In this document: positions 13,209-27,900 of the stretch, in pieces
Numbering within the stretch: position 1 is the stretch's first letter
How the letters are laid out: every line of letters starts with the position of its first letter
Origin: Bispira polyomma
Lineage: Eukaryota
Assembly (NCBI GenBank): GCA_965649765.1
Contig: OZ287748.1
Coordinates: forward strand, 83,514,001-83,578,000
Reading direction: 5' to 3'
DNA: 64,000 nucleotides
Notes under the pieces: generated by a model
Seen by the model: the letters and a program-made list of their open reading frames with translations, nothing else
The model's database searches: none
Told to the model about the DNA's origin: nothing
Made by a program: the position numbers and the translations under genes

Positions 13209-14323
13209 AGACCATTAAACATTAAATAAATCAATATAAAGCCTTGGCAAGGCTAACATTTTCACTAGAATGACATAATAATGGAAGGTATGAAGAACAT
13301 GCTGGTAGCATCATCTGTCATAGAGTTGTCGTCTGTGTTCTGTCTATACCTGGCAATTCAAAACCCTAGTTCTTTTAGTATGTCCCAGGTATGCACTGGC
13401 CTATTTTTTTATCCCTTTTAAAAAGTATGATGCAATGGCCCAGCTCAGGTAACCCTACAAATGTCCTCTCTAGGTAATCCTTTCACAGTGATTAGGGTGG
13501 CGGGGTTTAGGTGAGAACTTACTCTTTCTTACCATATTCTTCCATTCGTATTCTCTCTCTCTATAAAAGTGACATTTACAGTATGTGTATACTTTTACCC
13601 ATGTTTTAGACAGACAGTTCTCTGTACAATTTAACAATGACAGCCCTTGTACATGGATCTACACAGATATTGTTTACCCATATTTTCTGACTTAAATAGA
13701 CTCAAAAGACATTTGTACGAAATCTAAAGTTGGAAAAAAAAATTTTTTTTATATAGAGATTTTGGAAATAAATGAGATAGCATATTTTATTTACACAATG
13801 TGAGTCATAACTGTCTTTAAGTTAGCAGTGGTGTCCTTTAACTCACAATTGGCTTTTTATCTCGTAGTTGAATTTAAATACATCACATAAACTGTTCATA
13901 GTTTGGACAAATTGTAGGTACTATTTTGTCACTATGTCCTGTGACTTAATTCACCCTATTTTCGGCCTATTGAGCCAATAATCAACACTTACGGTTTTAA
14001 TTGCTTTTCAAGCTATTTTTTTATAATTAAGTTTCAAAATAAACTTATACTAGTTCACTTAAAAATTCAAACATTAGGAAAGCATCTGTTCGTTTTCAGA
14101 CCATAATTTAAACTCTATTTAAGACTAAAAACGTGATATGGGCCGAAAATATGAGGTAGACCGAAAATACGAGGATTAATATTTAATTTACATTATTCCA
14201 AGAACTTCAAGGAGAACAATTACTGATATCTTTAATGTTCTTTACCTTTGTTTACCAATAGGAATACGACCCAATGGTATAGGAACTGGTTATCTTTGTC
14301 CAGCTTGGTACTCGGAATTAAAC

Positions 14324-14440
14324 CCAGTGCCAGTACTCTCGAAACGTAAGCCAAACTTAAGTCTAACTTAGGATTGTCATGGTAATTAAATTAAGTATTT
14401 ACTTAGCTTAGCTAAGTAGTTTCGAGAATACGAGCACTGG
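14324..14440. mobile_element. Compact MITE with 22-bp terminal inverted repeats
   Basis: ccagtgccagtactctcgaaac ... gtttcgagaatacgagcactgg (19/22 match). Confidence 0.85.
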
Positions 14441-15450
14441 TTCTGCTTGTTCCATGTTGAGTATGTTATCCAGACACACTTATTGTAAACCTAATGCAGA
14501 CCATTAACTTTGTGTGTAGGTTGAAATAGTCCTTGAAATTTGATGACACAGCTTAATATATAATAATACTCAAGATAGTTATTTATGAAATACAGTATGC
14601 TTTATATGCTTCACCTAAAGATCAGAACCATTTGCTAACCTTTTATAATGGACAAAATTAAGTATGGAAAGGAAAGTAGCTGCATCAATTCCCTCAACTA
14701 AGCTTGGATATTTCATTAATTTGTACACTGAGAGAGCTATAACAGAAACCTGCTGAAAGGCCCAAAAAATTACAAAGTAAATTTCTCCTAAACCAGATGT
14801 GAATACACCATCTGAAAGTTTATAAATCTCGTCTTAAGGACCTGTTGTCCACAGATGACCAGAGGTCATCCACACATGTCCACCATACAGTCACATAAAG
14901 ACACACATGGCCAACAGAAGAAATATACAGAGACATCAGGTTGGTATCGCCCTTTCATAGCAAACTAGGTGTGACAAGGAATGGTCCCTTCCTCCCCGAG
15001 GTATATCGGGTAATTAGCAATGAACTAAGGGTACCATACTAGGGTACCATATAAATAGAGAAGTGGAGAACTCCCTAAAGATGATGAGATGATGACATTA
15101 AACACTTGTTAATTAATAGTGGAGATTTTTTTTGTAAGGAGCTGTGAGGGAGGATGGTGAGAGAGGTGTGGGTGGGGAGGGAAGATGTATATATATATAT
15201 AATAAAATATAGATACATCAAAGAGACCAGGCCGTCTTTGATGTCTAAGAATTAACTAGAACAGGTACAGGGTAACAACAGCTTGTATGTGTGTGGAAGG
15301 AATGTGTAGAACTTAAATGTATGTCACTAATTTACATTACACTAATTTAAGGTGAACACTGAAACTGGTTTTCTACAATATGTATATAACCTTATTTGAC
15401 ATAAGACATATAAAACAAAGGTGTTTTTTGTATTTATTGAGGAAATGTAT

Positions 15451-15523
15451 GATATCATAATGATTTATGTGTAGATATCATAATGATTTATGAGTAGATA
15501 TCATAATGATTTATGTGTAGATA
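15451..15523. repeat. 23-bp tandem repeat x3
   Basis: gatatcataatgatttatgtgta repeated. Confidence 0.9.
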
Positions 15524-18195
15524 TGTTGTAATGTTTACGATTAAAGACGAAAAGTAAGTTTTAAATTTATAAAGAATAAGGTAAAAAAAAGGACCTTGGT
15601 GCAGGAGTGCAGAAACTGACCAGAATGACCAAGGGCTCTATTGTGTCCACTGGCCAGGTTTTGGAGACAACAACTCCCTAGTGGACTGTCCTCTATACAG
15701 GTCATGAATATTTGAATATTAATATTGAAGAAAATATAAAGCTTTCTGCAGGGGTTTTTGGTTTTTGTTCAAAACTTATTGTTTGGAGAGGCTTTCATCT
15801 TGGGTTTTTAAAAAACCGTGGACATGCAGTTATGGTTTTGTATGAATTCCTTTTTTTAAATGTAGGAGAAGCATGACTATTCACAGGGGAGCACAGTGGT
15901 ATTTACTTATTGTATGTGGTTTGTTTGACTTTAACTAACTTCATAAGGGGAATAATATTGGAAATATTTACCAAGTCGTATCTTGACCACGAGAAGTCTG
16001 TTATTTAAATATAAAAATATGTGTATTCGTACTTGAAGTACATTTGGTAATTCAATATTTACAAGTTAGAATAATTAAGGAAAAGTTGACATGTAAATAT
16101 TACAGAAGAATAGAAAGTGAAATAGACGAAAATGTTATCCCTTACAAAAAATATTGTAGAAGTGTATCCACTTCACTTAACATATGAGAACAATTCTACT
16201 TACAATGTAAATTATGTAAACAAGCTCATATATATATATTACCTCAACTCAATATATCTTATCTTTTTCACTGAGAGCATGCATGCTATGAAAGCTATGA
16301 ACACAATGCAATTTTCACATAATGTAATCAACATATTTACTCATTATTAGCATATATTTGTTGAAGTTAAATGTCTCACATATTATACTCATAGTATTAC
16401 AGAAACTAGACCTACTACCACTTTTAACAAAGGTTACTAGATATAATTACAGTAGTTGGATGCCACTGTCTTGCAAACAAATGGTTTTAATGGGTTTTAA
16501 ATGGATTTTAATTCTATAAAATATAGTAAGTACCATATGTAAAGGAGAACATGTTTATTAGACCAGATGGACAACTCCTTAATCATCATTGACACTCGCC
16601 CCCTCAAGTTATTGGCATTAGTATATATATATATACACACACCACCTTTACTGAGGGATATTTCATGGCATCTCCCCTTATTGTTAGAGTTTGACATCTT
16701 ACCCCGAGGTCTGTACACGTCAAGCAACCATCACTCGGCCGTGTTATAATAATCTAAACGTATAAACGACTTCAATTTATATTCTTAAAGCTGATTTGAC
16801 CTACACCTAAAGAAAAAAAGGGGGGGGGGGTGTTTAATTTAAATCTTACCGTGTCAATAACTTCAACCCCAGCCATTATTTGACTAAAGGAACAAGATCA
16901 TGCCACCAGATAACTAATGTCTTCCATCTGCCGGAGAGGTCAAGAAAAAGTAAGACATAAGCATGCCAAAAAAAGCAAATGCTAAAATAATTTTATTGCT
17001 TACTTGTATACACATATTTTATATTTTTGAAATTTAATCCTATAAATATAATACATGTATTTAATTTGTTTACACATGGCAGTACTCACATTTGTTGTGT
17101 TGTAGTAAAGTTAAATAATTAAATTGTTTGAGTTTAAGTTAAGACATTAGGGTGAACTGCTGGCTTCCAGTATATTGTTAAATATTCAGTGTGTAGTGTG
17201 TTTCAGTGTGTAATCAGGAGATGATATGCAGCAGCAGGTTTGAGTTGACAAAGACACTGGGACACACAAACTAAACACACAACACAGGTATAAACACAGA
17301 ACTCATCACTTTGACTGCTACTGATTCCCCATGATCAATACTAGGTGAGTTTGTCCCTTGTCTTCCTATACCTCTGTGGCCCTAATAAAACAAGAAGGAC
17401 ACTCAGTAGAAGGAATAGCTTCGCCAAGGTGCCATAACCACAAATGCACAGATTATCCTGATTAGGTGAGTTTGTCCTTTAATAGAGTTTGTCCATAGTC
17501 TTTCTACATCGATGTAACTATAATAAATATAGAAGTGCACTCAGTAGAAGGAATCCATCCGCCCAGGTGCCACAGTGCCAAAAAGTGTAAAACTTGCTGG
17601 ATCTACCTGCAAGATACAGTTAAATTAATGTTTAGAAAATATATCATTCACTTTGTTGTCCTTAAGGGTTTGGAATTAACTTAGTCTAACCTTATGAGTT
17701 TAACTTCACTTAACTTTATTCCCCTGTTTATAAATCTTATCACCGACATATTAAGGGAGTGTTTCTTGGTCATGAAACTTTTAACTTCTTACATATCCTT
17801 ACTTTTTGACATGCTTGACTTATCCTGGCAGAATGGTCGATCCCTTGACCACGTAAAGGGTTGGTCCAGTTTCTTATACTTCCCTGGGAGCTTCTCCTTA
17901 CAGGGATGCCACGGTGGTGTAAGGGGCTGGGCCTCCCTCTACTAGGCGACCATGTGCCGTAGGTCTGGGGTTCTAACATTAGCCAAATAAACCAACCAAT
18001 TATTGTTTCTGTACTGGACTGGAAAAAATTCTACAATTCAATGGACAGGGTGAAACCATATTGGGCCCATAAATACATAACACATAAATACATAACATTG
18101 AAGCCTAATGATGTGATAGTAAGCAAAAGTACTTTCAATGTGACCACGTCCTGTCCAGTGAATTCCAGGATTTAGCTAAACGATCTTGTTGTCTT

Positions 18196-18340
18196 CCATG
18201 GACTATTGGTTAGCGACGAGGTCTGATGGTGAAAGGGTCACTGGTTTAACTCTCAGTAATATAAGATTGGTGTTTGGAAGATATTTCTTGGGCAAGATGT
18301 AACCTACACATTTGACATCTCTCTGATGACAATCAATACC
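18196..18340 (+). mobile_element. SINE family B, degenerate
   Basis: ccatggactattggttag...ggtctgatg...cttgggcaagatgtaac...ctgatgacaa. Confidence 0.65.
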
Positions 18341-18689
18341 ATGTGGTAGGACTACCCATTCTGGTAGAACATGTGCCTCGTGGGACACAATGTTACCAAT
18401 TTAGCACTATATCTAACAGCATATATTTAATATGACATTACAAGAGTAGTACAATTTTCAATGTTACTTCACAAAAGCTGATATTTAGATTTTTTTTCAG
18501 CGGTAACTAATGGTAATATGGAGTTTTTAAGATGCCCAGTAGACGCCAAACACCTTGTAAAGTGTAACATCATTTACAGTAAGCCGACAGGGATATCACT
18601 ACATGTACAGTAGAGTATTGGTTGTCAACCAGCATCCATATTGGTTTACGAGGAGTCAAAATGAGACTTTTGGATCAAGAACCTAAGTC

Positions 18690-18757
18690 CCTTCCCTGGA
18701 CTCGAACCGAGGACCTTCTGATCACCAGAACCAACCCCCAAATCAATAAGCCAAGAG
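18690..18757 (-). mobile_element. SINE family B tRNA-like head fragment
   Basis: Reverse complement ggttctggtgatcagaaggtcctcggttcgagtcc contains a B box. Confidence 0.7.
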
Positions 18758-21700
18758 TGTTGCGTTATTATTTCTGAACTAGGTTCTTTGTAGAGAGTGT
18801 TAGAAGTCATGTCACATGATATTTTCCTAACAGGTGTAAACACACACACACAAATATATATATGTATGAGCCTGGACAAGACTAATTTAATATCCCTGAA
18901 ACATTACCATGACGGAACATTGAAGCATAAATATCGGGAAGCCCTTACAAATACAAAATAGACAAAATCCAGGGAATAATGTCCCATTATGTTATTTCTA
19001 AATAAGGTTACTTATTGTATAATATTTTTATTTCCCTGGGACCAAATTGGGAGGCAATTGGTGGAATTCAATTAGAATGGATTGAAAAAACAAGATTTAA
19101 TAGATCACTCGAATCGGGCTAAATGATTGTGACAGGTATTGAAGTCACTCCTTAATGAAAATGTAATAGAATCCTTGTGGCCAAATATTTGGACTTCTGT
19201 ATAAAACTGTCAGCGGTCCCCGTCTTTGTGTGCCTGGTTATCTTGTCCTAAATAAGCTTTTATGATGTCATCTGGTTACATAACAGTCAAGAATCACACG
19301 TGTCTCCCCTTTATGTTTGAAAAATGGGGCGATCCACTGAGGCGAGAGGTTATGACGTCACATCCGCAGCTGCGCATTGGTGACTACATCGATGTAATGC
19401 GGTTCAGGTTACTCAATGAATCAAAGCCTTTGAAACAACAGAAGTATTTGGGTAACTTTAAATGGGGAAGACCCAATAATAGTATTGTCTATCGGAAAAT
19501 ATATGTGCAACTAGTAATAAAGCCTTTCATTTATTTGTAAGCAATGGTTATTTTATGGCATCTATTTCTTCATTTATAAAAATGCAGTGATTTTCCTGTT
19601 AAGTTGAATTTTATGGGAAAAATGGGATATGAGAAAAGACTGTCTACTTTTACATGTTTAGTTTGTGTTTGATTTGCAGTAAACTGTCTGGTATCAGATG
19701 TTGAGCCCTAAAGGGCTTCCCGAAGACAGGCAAGGAATAGCTTGTATCTATGTACACTTGATTACAGCTAATTACTACCTGGTGGCTTGTTAGACCACAA
19801 GAAACCCTTTAAATAAGAAAGGGGTTTGACTCAAGTAATCAGTAGGCTGGTGCTTGTCTTCTGTTAGCCTTACTCAAGGCTCGTCTTTCTTAATTAATAC
19901 TCTTATCTCAAATTGACTAAAGATTCAAATTCTTCTTAAATCTTTGACTCAATCAATTTGATTGACTGAAAATATTGTCTCAAAACATATTGCTCTTTCT
20001 CAATTAATAGTTTTGGCTGGTATTGACAAAGATTCCAATTCTTAAAATTTTGACTCAATCAATTTGATTGGCTGAGAATATTCTTTCAAAGAATATATTG
20101 GACTGGGACTATAAGAAAATTCTAAGAATTGCATTTTAAGGATGTTGTGAATGTGACCTCTGATGTGGTAGATTTTAAAATTTTAATATTTTGTTGTACA
20201 TACAGTTGTTTGTATTAAACTACTCTTATATTTAATATATTGATTACATGTGATACATTTAGAGAAACATCCTAAGTGGAGTATTAAGTAGGATAATAGT
20301 TAGAGCTGTTAATTATTTTATCTGTGACATATCTGGGCCTGATACAAGGCTAGTGTTCAGGAACATCTGTCATTTTTTTCTGCAAATGAAAATGTCAATT
20401 TTGACTCAATGTGCCAGCTTTGTGTTCTAATATAGAATATTGTGTAAAGGTTTTTTTAAATGTATTTACTAGGTTGTTTGAGGGTATCGAAAATCAAGAC
20501 ACATCAAGTTAAGATGAGGGATATTATTGTATTGGCAATTGGGAACATATTCAGAAATATATAGACGATATCTGCTATGTACCAACGTACATTGATTATA
20601 TAATAGTTCTTTTAAAAAGCGTAAAAAGGTTTCAAACCATTTCTGCTGAACTGACAACAATCAAAACTACAAATGAAAGTATCTTACATAGGTTAAACCC
20701 ATTTCTGTAAACAAAAAAGCAAAACAAAAACACATCCTTAGTCTTTTTTTTTTTTTTTTTTTTTTTTGCTAAATTGACAAGGTCAAAAAATCAAAGCCAC
20801 AAAATGTGCCATACGGAATAATCACAGTGTAAAATCTCCCAGATTCCTCCCCACTTTGTGTGGATATATGTGTTGTTCAATTATAAAACCAACAAATTTG
20901 AATGGGGTTTTTATGACCCCCCCCCCCCCCTCGCCCCCTCTACTGAAGACTTTATAATGACCATGTTTGTAGAAGCAGCACATCTAGAACCCATCTCCCA
21001 CCACCCATATATAATTAGACTTGCAAATATGTCACTTGGGCCACCAATACCACCACATTTGTCCTGTATGACAAGAAATGTCTTTAAAAAAAAAGGAACT
21101 GACATATTGCCCCGGGGCCTTTTTTCATCCATGTAGCACTGTATCATTACCGTGCGCGGTTTTTTCTAGCTAGCTTCCGGCGAAAAAAAAATCGTCTGCT
21201 TTAATAGAAATTTACTCAACCAGAACACCGGAATGGTAATGTTAAGGTTGAGAAGTACATTTTTTGAAACTTTTTTTTTTTTTTTTTGTTCTACCCAAAA
21301 CGTCTTATTTACTTTGAAATTGAGAAGACTATATTTTACACTTCAATCACTGACTGTTACAGAGTGTTTAGTCCTTCAAGCCATCTCTATATTGGCTTAC
21401 CTGTGTCTGTAATGTATATACCTATATGTACCTACAGACAAACACTATCTATTTCACTCTCTTTTGGGGTGCTGTTAAATCACACGTTACCGTGATGGGC
21501 CTTTGATTTATCCTAAATTTAGGAGTACCATCTGAGATAAATCACTGCCATCTTGTCTTATAAATGTTACAGCCTAAGTACATTAAGGTATATTTTGTCA
21601 AAGACAAAGCAAAGCAAGCTACAGGATTTCAATTTAAGTGTTTATTTGTATATTTAACACAATGGCTGAATTTGTTTAATGGCTGTAATTTCTGTGTTAA

Positions 21701-23099
21701 AAATAAGTTGATTACAAGATATCAAACAAAACAAAAAAACAACAACATAAGACCAATCATACTTACTTAATGCTTTAAATACTTAGTTGTGTAGACTGAA
21801 CTAATGTAGTTTGGGACTTGAGATTGTACTAGTTTGGTATTTCTGTTATAACAAAGAATTACTCACTTTGGAGTGGCTAAAATGCCATGAAATAAACTAC
21901 ACATATTTCTCCACACTATTTATAAAAAAATTTAGCCATACATGCAGCACTGTACCACCAGTTCATAAAGAGTTAAATTTGTCTCTTTTTTCAAATATGT
22001 AAATATATGTTGGTCATTTAGGCCAATCTGCACTTACAAATATATGTCAGTTGGCTTGCAAGTTGTTCAAAACTGAGAATATGAGCATTGGAAGAGTACT
22101 TGCTTTGTGTATAAATTAAAAGCCTGGTCAGACTTTAGAAGTCCAGTCTGACCCTATGAAATGGTCCATTTGTTGTCAATAACAGTTGTTAGATTTAATG
22201 CCACGTCCCGTCACATCAAAGTAACCTGTCAAGGTCATCTTGATAGTAATGAATATGATATCCCAGTATTTCCTTTGATAGAAAAGTTCCAATATCCATC
22301 GTGTCCTCAACTTATTGCTGGAAACATTTAGTGGATTAAAATGTTATTGAAACAAATTAATGTTTATTTTGTACGAAGTATAAAGATATTAAAACATAAT
22401 ACAAAAAACTGAAATGATTAATTATATACAGATGGTGACGTCATCATATTCCAAGTCAGGACTGATACTGATAATATTACCGGGAGATTAAGTTTAACAC
22501 ATCTATATGTATATATATGCACTGAATATTTGATGTATTTCAGTTGATTTCACTTCTATTTACCATTGTTGGTTTCCCCCTGTATTTTACACACACACAC
22601 ATAAATGTCCCCCTTGTTTTGTTACCAAGGCAGTGTTTCACGGGCTGGTAAGTCTGTGTTATTGTCTGGTGTTAATTAAATAAGACTGTCAGGGACACAC
22701 TAGTAAAAATAGAGTAGGGGGGTTTGTTAACTCCTCCCTCACTTATACACTGACGTCACTGAATACATACCTAATGCCTCTGTATTAAACAAACCAGCAT
22801 TGACAGCATCGAGAGGTTAAAGCTTGTAAGCTAACACTTGTAGATCTGAAGATTATATAAACAGATTAGTTTACATAAATTTGATCTTTTAACAGATGTC
22901 AACGTAGATAGTATGTGTACAAATCATATCTATACATGTACATATTAGGAATACATGTATTGGAATATATTTATTACAAATGGCCTGAAAAAAGCAAATC
23001 TGACCATTTGATGACTCCATGTTTAAGGTTAATTAAAACAAAACTAACAACAATAATAAACAAATGTTTTCGCAAAATAAACATTTTTAAGTTAGACTA

Positions 23100-24030
23100 G
23101 TAATAATGTTAATGTTTTTACTTCTATAGTGCCACAATCTATGGCCAGACATCCTCTGTGGTGTACATCCTAATCATTAAACAGAAGAATAGTCCGATAG
23201 GGGGGGGGGGAAAGGTTCGCGGTCAGAGTTCGATCATGACCGGGAGACGAAAGTTAAGGCGGGAAAACGAGTTGATAAAAATGTGCTTTAAGCGTTTTCC
23301 TGAAGCCTGTAACCCTAGTCTCATTGCGAAGACTAGTAGGGAGACTATTTCACTCAACAGGTGCTGCAACTTTGAATGATTTTGAACCAGCCAGTTTTGG
23401 GGGTAAGAAACCAGAGGTGGAAATATGATTTTCTCTGGTGAGATTGCTGAGACACAACATAGATGATAAATAGACTGGCTTTCTTAAAACTCAGGACATT
23501 TACCTTACATTTGATATGGTGCAATTTTTTAAGCAGATGTGTTTTGTATGCACACTGACCAGCATGTCATACAATACTGCATAGATTGTTTTGAATTATC
23601 TTCAGCTTGTTTATTTGCCCCTGGCCAATTCCAGTAATTAAGGCAACTTGCCACCAGGGCATTTGCAACTGCAACAGCAATTTCCAGAGTTAGGTGTCGA
23701 CAAATCTTACAAAAATCTCGGACGTTTCAGTAGCCCGATGGACAGGGGTTTGAAACATGTTTTTTGAAGCAGAAATCAGGGTCAAAAGTTAATCCTAGGC
23801 TTTTGGCTGCATGGACAGGAAGAATGTAGTTACCAAGGAGAGTTGCTGAAAAAACCTTTAGAACCTTTTTCTTCTGATGTTTGGGACCAGTGAGTAGAAA
23901 TGTTGTTTTGTCAGGATTCAATTTGAATTTAGAATGATTCATCAAAGATTTAATTAATGTCTGGCAGCCAGAGAGCTAATCAAGGACACGGGAAAAACAA
24001 TTGGGGTGATGGAGTAGTCGTCTTGTGTAA
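23100..24030 (-). mobile_element. Decayed L2/CR1-group LINE, ORF2 C-terminal part and 3' UTR
   Basis: Translated fragments FKLNPDKTTFLL, KSLGLTFDPDFCFKKHV and NSLPTSLR...FRKTLKAHFY..FPP* are typical of the post-RT region; frames are disrupted. Confidence 0.88.
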
Positions 24031-24130
24031 ACCATCATACATACATGTACTATGTTTACCATTCAATCGAGGTTTTAGTTTTATGTTCCCAAGTTTAATG
24101 TCATGGTAAAAGTTCTCGTACTGTGTGTAA

Positions 24131-24290
24131 CCCGTGGCTTAGTGGTTAGGGATTTGGTCTGGTGATGAGAAGGTTTTGATTCGACTCCCGGTCGGTGGAC
24201 TTGCTCTGGTGATCAGGTAAGTTGTGAACACACCATTGCTTACTGATGACAACCAAGGTTATGCTGTAGAACACACGATCGATTGATTAA
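24131..24290 (+). mobile_element. SINE family B
   Basis: cccgtggcttagtggttagg...tggtctggtgatgagaagg...ttcgactcccgg; tail gattgatt. Confidence 0.8.
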
Positions 24291-24834
24291 TTCAGATGCT
24301 GTGCTTTGAAAGCTGCCTCTAATCAATGAAACACCTTAAAATATGCAATATGAATATTATAATCATAATAGCATAAACAAGAAACATTATTTCAGCGGTT
24401 TTTGCCAGTCAGAGGCAACAATGTTGATTAAGGGTGGACAATAAGACATTAATGTAACACTCTACTTATTTAAATGGCAAATTGTTGTTGTTGGTTGCAA
24501 TTATTGTGACATCATTAAACACATATAGAAATAAGTTACCTATACATCATACATATTTCATGATCTGGATGATCTTACTGGAATCTGAAGTTTGACAGAC
24601 AGTCACTAAACATGTGAGTGAAATTCTTCAAGTCATCAGTCCAACCCCCTTTACGCCTAGGTCAAATCATTCCAGAGTTCAACAATTGGACAACAAAAGT
24701 GTTTTGTTTTATCTTTAGCAATATATTTTCCTATCCTTGCCTTATGGGGATAGGACGTAATTTTTAACGTTTTGACCAAAAATTGCTATTATTTAGCTAC
24801 AATTTTAAATGTAACATTCAACTTTCGAGGTAAC

Positions 24835-25110
24835 TGGATGGCAAATGATGCTCCTACCCTATGGAATAGTTTGCCTCAAGACATTAGGACAGCTCCGTCC
24901 CTGTGCTCCTTCCGGCGCAGTTTAAAGACCTATCTGTTCAATGATGCATTCCTTCCATAGTCTCTTTCCTATTCTGGGTGGTCGCATTGATGACGACTTC
25001 CTTCTGTCTATCACCGATGATTTCTGGCTCTGGTTTTTTGCGCCTTAAAATTTGTTACAACGAAAATAAGCACTAAAAAAGTCTGATAAATTATTATTAA
25101 TATTATTATT
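24835..25110 (+). mobile_element. L2-type LINE 3' end
   Basis: APTLWNSLPQDIRTAPSLCSFRRSLKTYLF..AFLP*, then a gcgcctt...aagcacta..aagtct tail with (TTA)n. Confidence 0.9.
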
Positions 25111-25227
25111 ATGGCATAGCTGAGCAATCATTTGCTTATATTGATGTTCTAACTTACTTCTTTTGTTTTAATGCATACTTAAAGACTTTTCATCAGATAT
25201 ATATAGGGATGTGTGCAATTAATTTGA

Positions 25228-25423
25228 CATCTAATCTAATCTAATCTAGTCGTACTTTTATAGCGCTTAATCTTTGTACAACAAATTCAAAGGCGCAACA
25301 AACCCAAAACGTTAATCGCAAATCAAAAATAGTGGGCGGATGGAAGTCGTAACCAGGGAGACTACCGTAGATGGTTGCGACGGCTAAGGTGGAAAAGCCT
25401 GTTCAAAAAGATAGGCCTTCAGA
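25228..25423 (-). mobile_element. L2-type LINE 3' end
   Basis: LKAYLFEQAFPP* and tail gcgcctttga...ttaagcgctataaaagt with (TTAGA)n. Confidence 0.85.
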
Positions 25424-27699
25424 CATAATTAATTAGACATAATTAATTAGACATAATTACAATTGCATGTTAAATTTTGAATGAAAAAAAACCCCAAAAC
25501 ATTGCTAATGCAAATATTAAGGTCTTAATCAGATCATCCTCGGTCGAACATGTTTAACACAGAACCACGGCAAGAATGTCAGAAATAATTGTGAAGTACT
25601 CATACCATTACAACCCTTTAATGAAATGACATCCCACTACAAAAAGGAATGGGGCCTACAAGTAAGAAATCCAATATATATGCTTCATGCAAATCTCAGA
25701 CATCTTGCTTAGCAGGTTGGATGAGTTAGGCCAATTTGGACTATTATCAGACACATACATAGATCGTCTTTTGATTGTATCCTCGAGTTGTTTTTTTTTG
25801 GACTGTCAAGGCATACTGATTGGGATATCACACGTTCCCCCTCTTTAATGTATGTTCTCAGTAGATAACATCTGCACTTAGAAGGTGGGGTGGACAAGAT
25901 CAGTGAAATCTCAAAATTAAAGCAAATTACACGGCTGTACTTCCATTACCTCAATACAGCCACCACTGGGGTTGAGGAGGGGTGGGGAGGCTTGTTATGG
26001 GGAGTGGGTAAGGTACATGGCTGCTAATCTAACCACTACACCCAGTCACCCACACCCTCCCACCCCGCCCCGGGACATAGGAAACCTTAAATGTGTGTAT
26101 ATGTATGTGCAGAGAGAAAAGAGCAGACGATTATGAAAGGTAAAGAAAAGAGCTCTATTATCGCCCACAGTAAAATGGCTGAAATTTGTGTTCATCCCAT
26201 AAAAAGGAAGGTAATTAAGGTGGTCGGGTTACAATTATGTCCTAACTACATTTGCAAGGGCTTTAGGTGAAGGATTTGTCCTATGTGGAATCTATGTGTG
26301 AAATACGATAGCAATCTGATGAAGGGCGGAAACCACCCCAATTTAACGGGTCCTACTTAGTGGTCAAATAATGACAATTTTTTAAAATGAAAAGATTTGA
26401 ATATTTCTCATGTTCTTAGGTGTGTGAGTGATGATTAGCCCATGTATGGTTTTCAAATGTTTACATATAAATCCATGTTTTGCAGTTTGTTTCAAAATAG
26501 TAGTATGAGTATTGGTTAGTTTATGTAGTTTTCGACAATTTTTTTATCAATTGGTATTTGAATATTATTATAAACAGTTGTGACGTAGAAGAAGTCCCGA
26601 AGATGGCGATGATTGTTCAGAATAATGTAAAAATTTGCAGATATGAAGTCTAACTTAAGAAAACAATGTTAGATTAGTAGCAGAGGAGCCCATCAATACC
26701 AAAAACACTCACACCAGTTGCCTGTGATGGGCCACACTATCTTGCACACACTTGTGTATTTATATTAATACATAGTAATGGAATACTTTTCAACACATAT
26801 TAAATTAGCATATAAAATCGCCCAATTTCAAAAAAAAAAACTGTGACAGTTTTAAAAAAACTTTTTTGTTTATATATTCTTTTGCTTCTTAAAGACTTTA
26901 AAAGTCAAAAGGCTTCACAAAACGGCCTGTGAACTGTGCTTTGACAAAAAAAGGTGATCACACCATTAAAGACAGTTGCCTTCCGGCAAACTGCAGTTCA
27001 TTTCCAAACTTAACTGACTTTGGTAACCCTGAAAGTAATGGTTTCTAATTAGCATTTCCAAAGTGAAGATGGTCCAAAATGAAGAAAAGTCACAATGATT
27101 TCAATACCAAACTCTTAAATAGTTCACCACCTATTTATATGTGTATGTCACCGGTTGTCATGTTTAGAATAGCATGTGATATTTAAACCATAGAATTGGG
27201 TATATATGAGTTGATACAGTCTTAAAACGATTTCTAATTCATATTTAATAGGCTGTGTCTGATGACTATTCTGATCATGTCAATTGCTGGTTTTGTTAAG
27301 TACAGACAGATCTTGATGCAGTGCTATTAATATATGTGTATATATGGGCATGATACTTTATATTAGATTAATGCTTTCACTAGGACATATATTATTTGAC
27401 TAGATTGTTATTTCAAGATTAAATTTGCTATAATAAGAAACTGATAATTATATCAATAGCTAATAAGAATTAGAGTTTGTGCTGGGACAAATAAAGTTTC
27501 TCTGAGTAGAATCCTAGATTCTCCTAGGACTACCTCTGATCGGAGTTTGTTCTGAGAGAAACCCTGATTGGAGATTTCCTAAGTCTCAGTTTGTTCTGTT
27601 TTCTACACATCACACAGGGATTTTAGTCTTTAATGGTTAATATTATTCTATTTATAATACATTTCGATTGCAAAAGAGTAAAGTGAAAACCGCAATGCT

Positions 27700-27900
27700 C
27701 ATATTTATATGGTGCCACAGTAACAAACTAACAAATTGATGTTGAAATGTTCTGCTCTAAAATTTCACGGTTTTCTTCATTTAGCCCAGGCATCATCCCT
27801 CCACCTTTTAAAATGTAACTCAGTAGTTTTCATGTAATCCTGGTGGCAAACAAACCAATGAATTCAGACAGAAAACATAACCTCCTCGGTGGAGGTACAA
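27700..27900 (+). mobile_element. Non-autonomous Helentron/HINE-like element end; relatives at 1-128, 46110-46202, 49680-49830(-), 1930-2065(-); opposite ends at 17385-17575
   Basis: Recurrent terminal hairpin ataacctcct.gg.ggaggta; matching cgccaagg subterminal motif after cactcagtaga. Confidence 0.6.

Noticed and set aside
23727-24960. ORFs 23727..23945 and 24772..24960 as host genes
   Set aside because: Both are fragments of decayed LINE ORF2.
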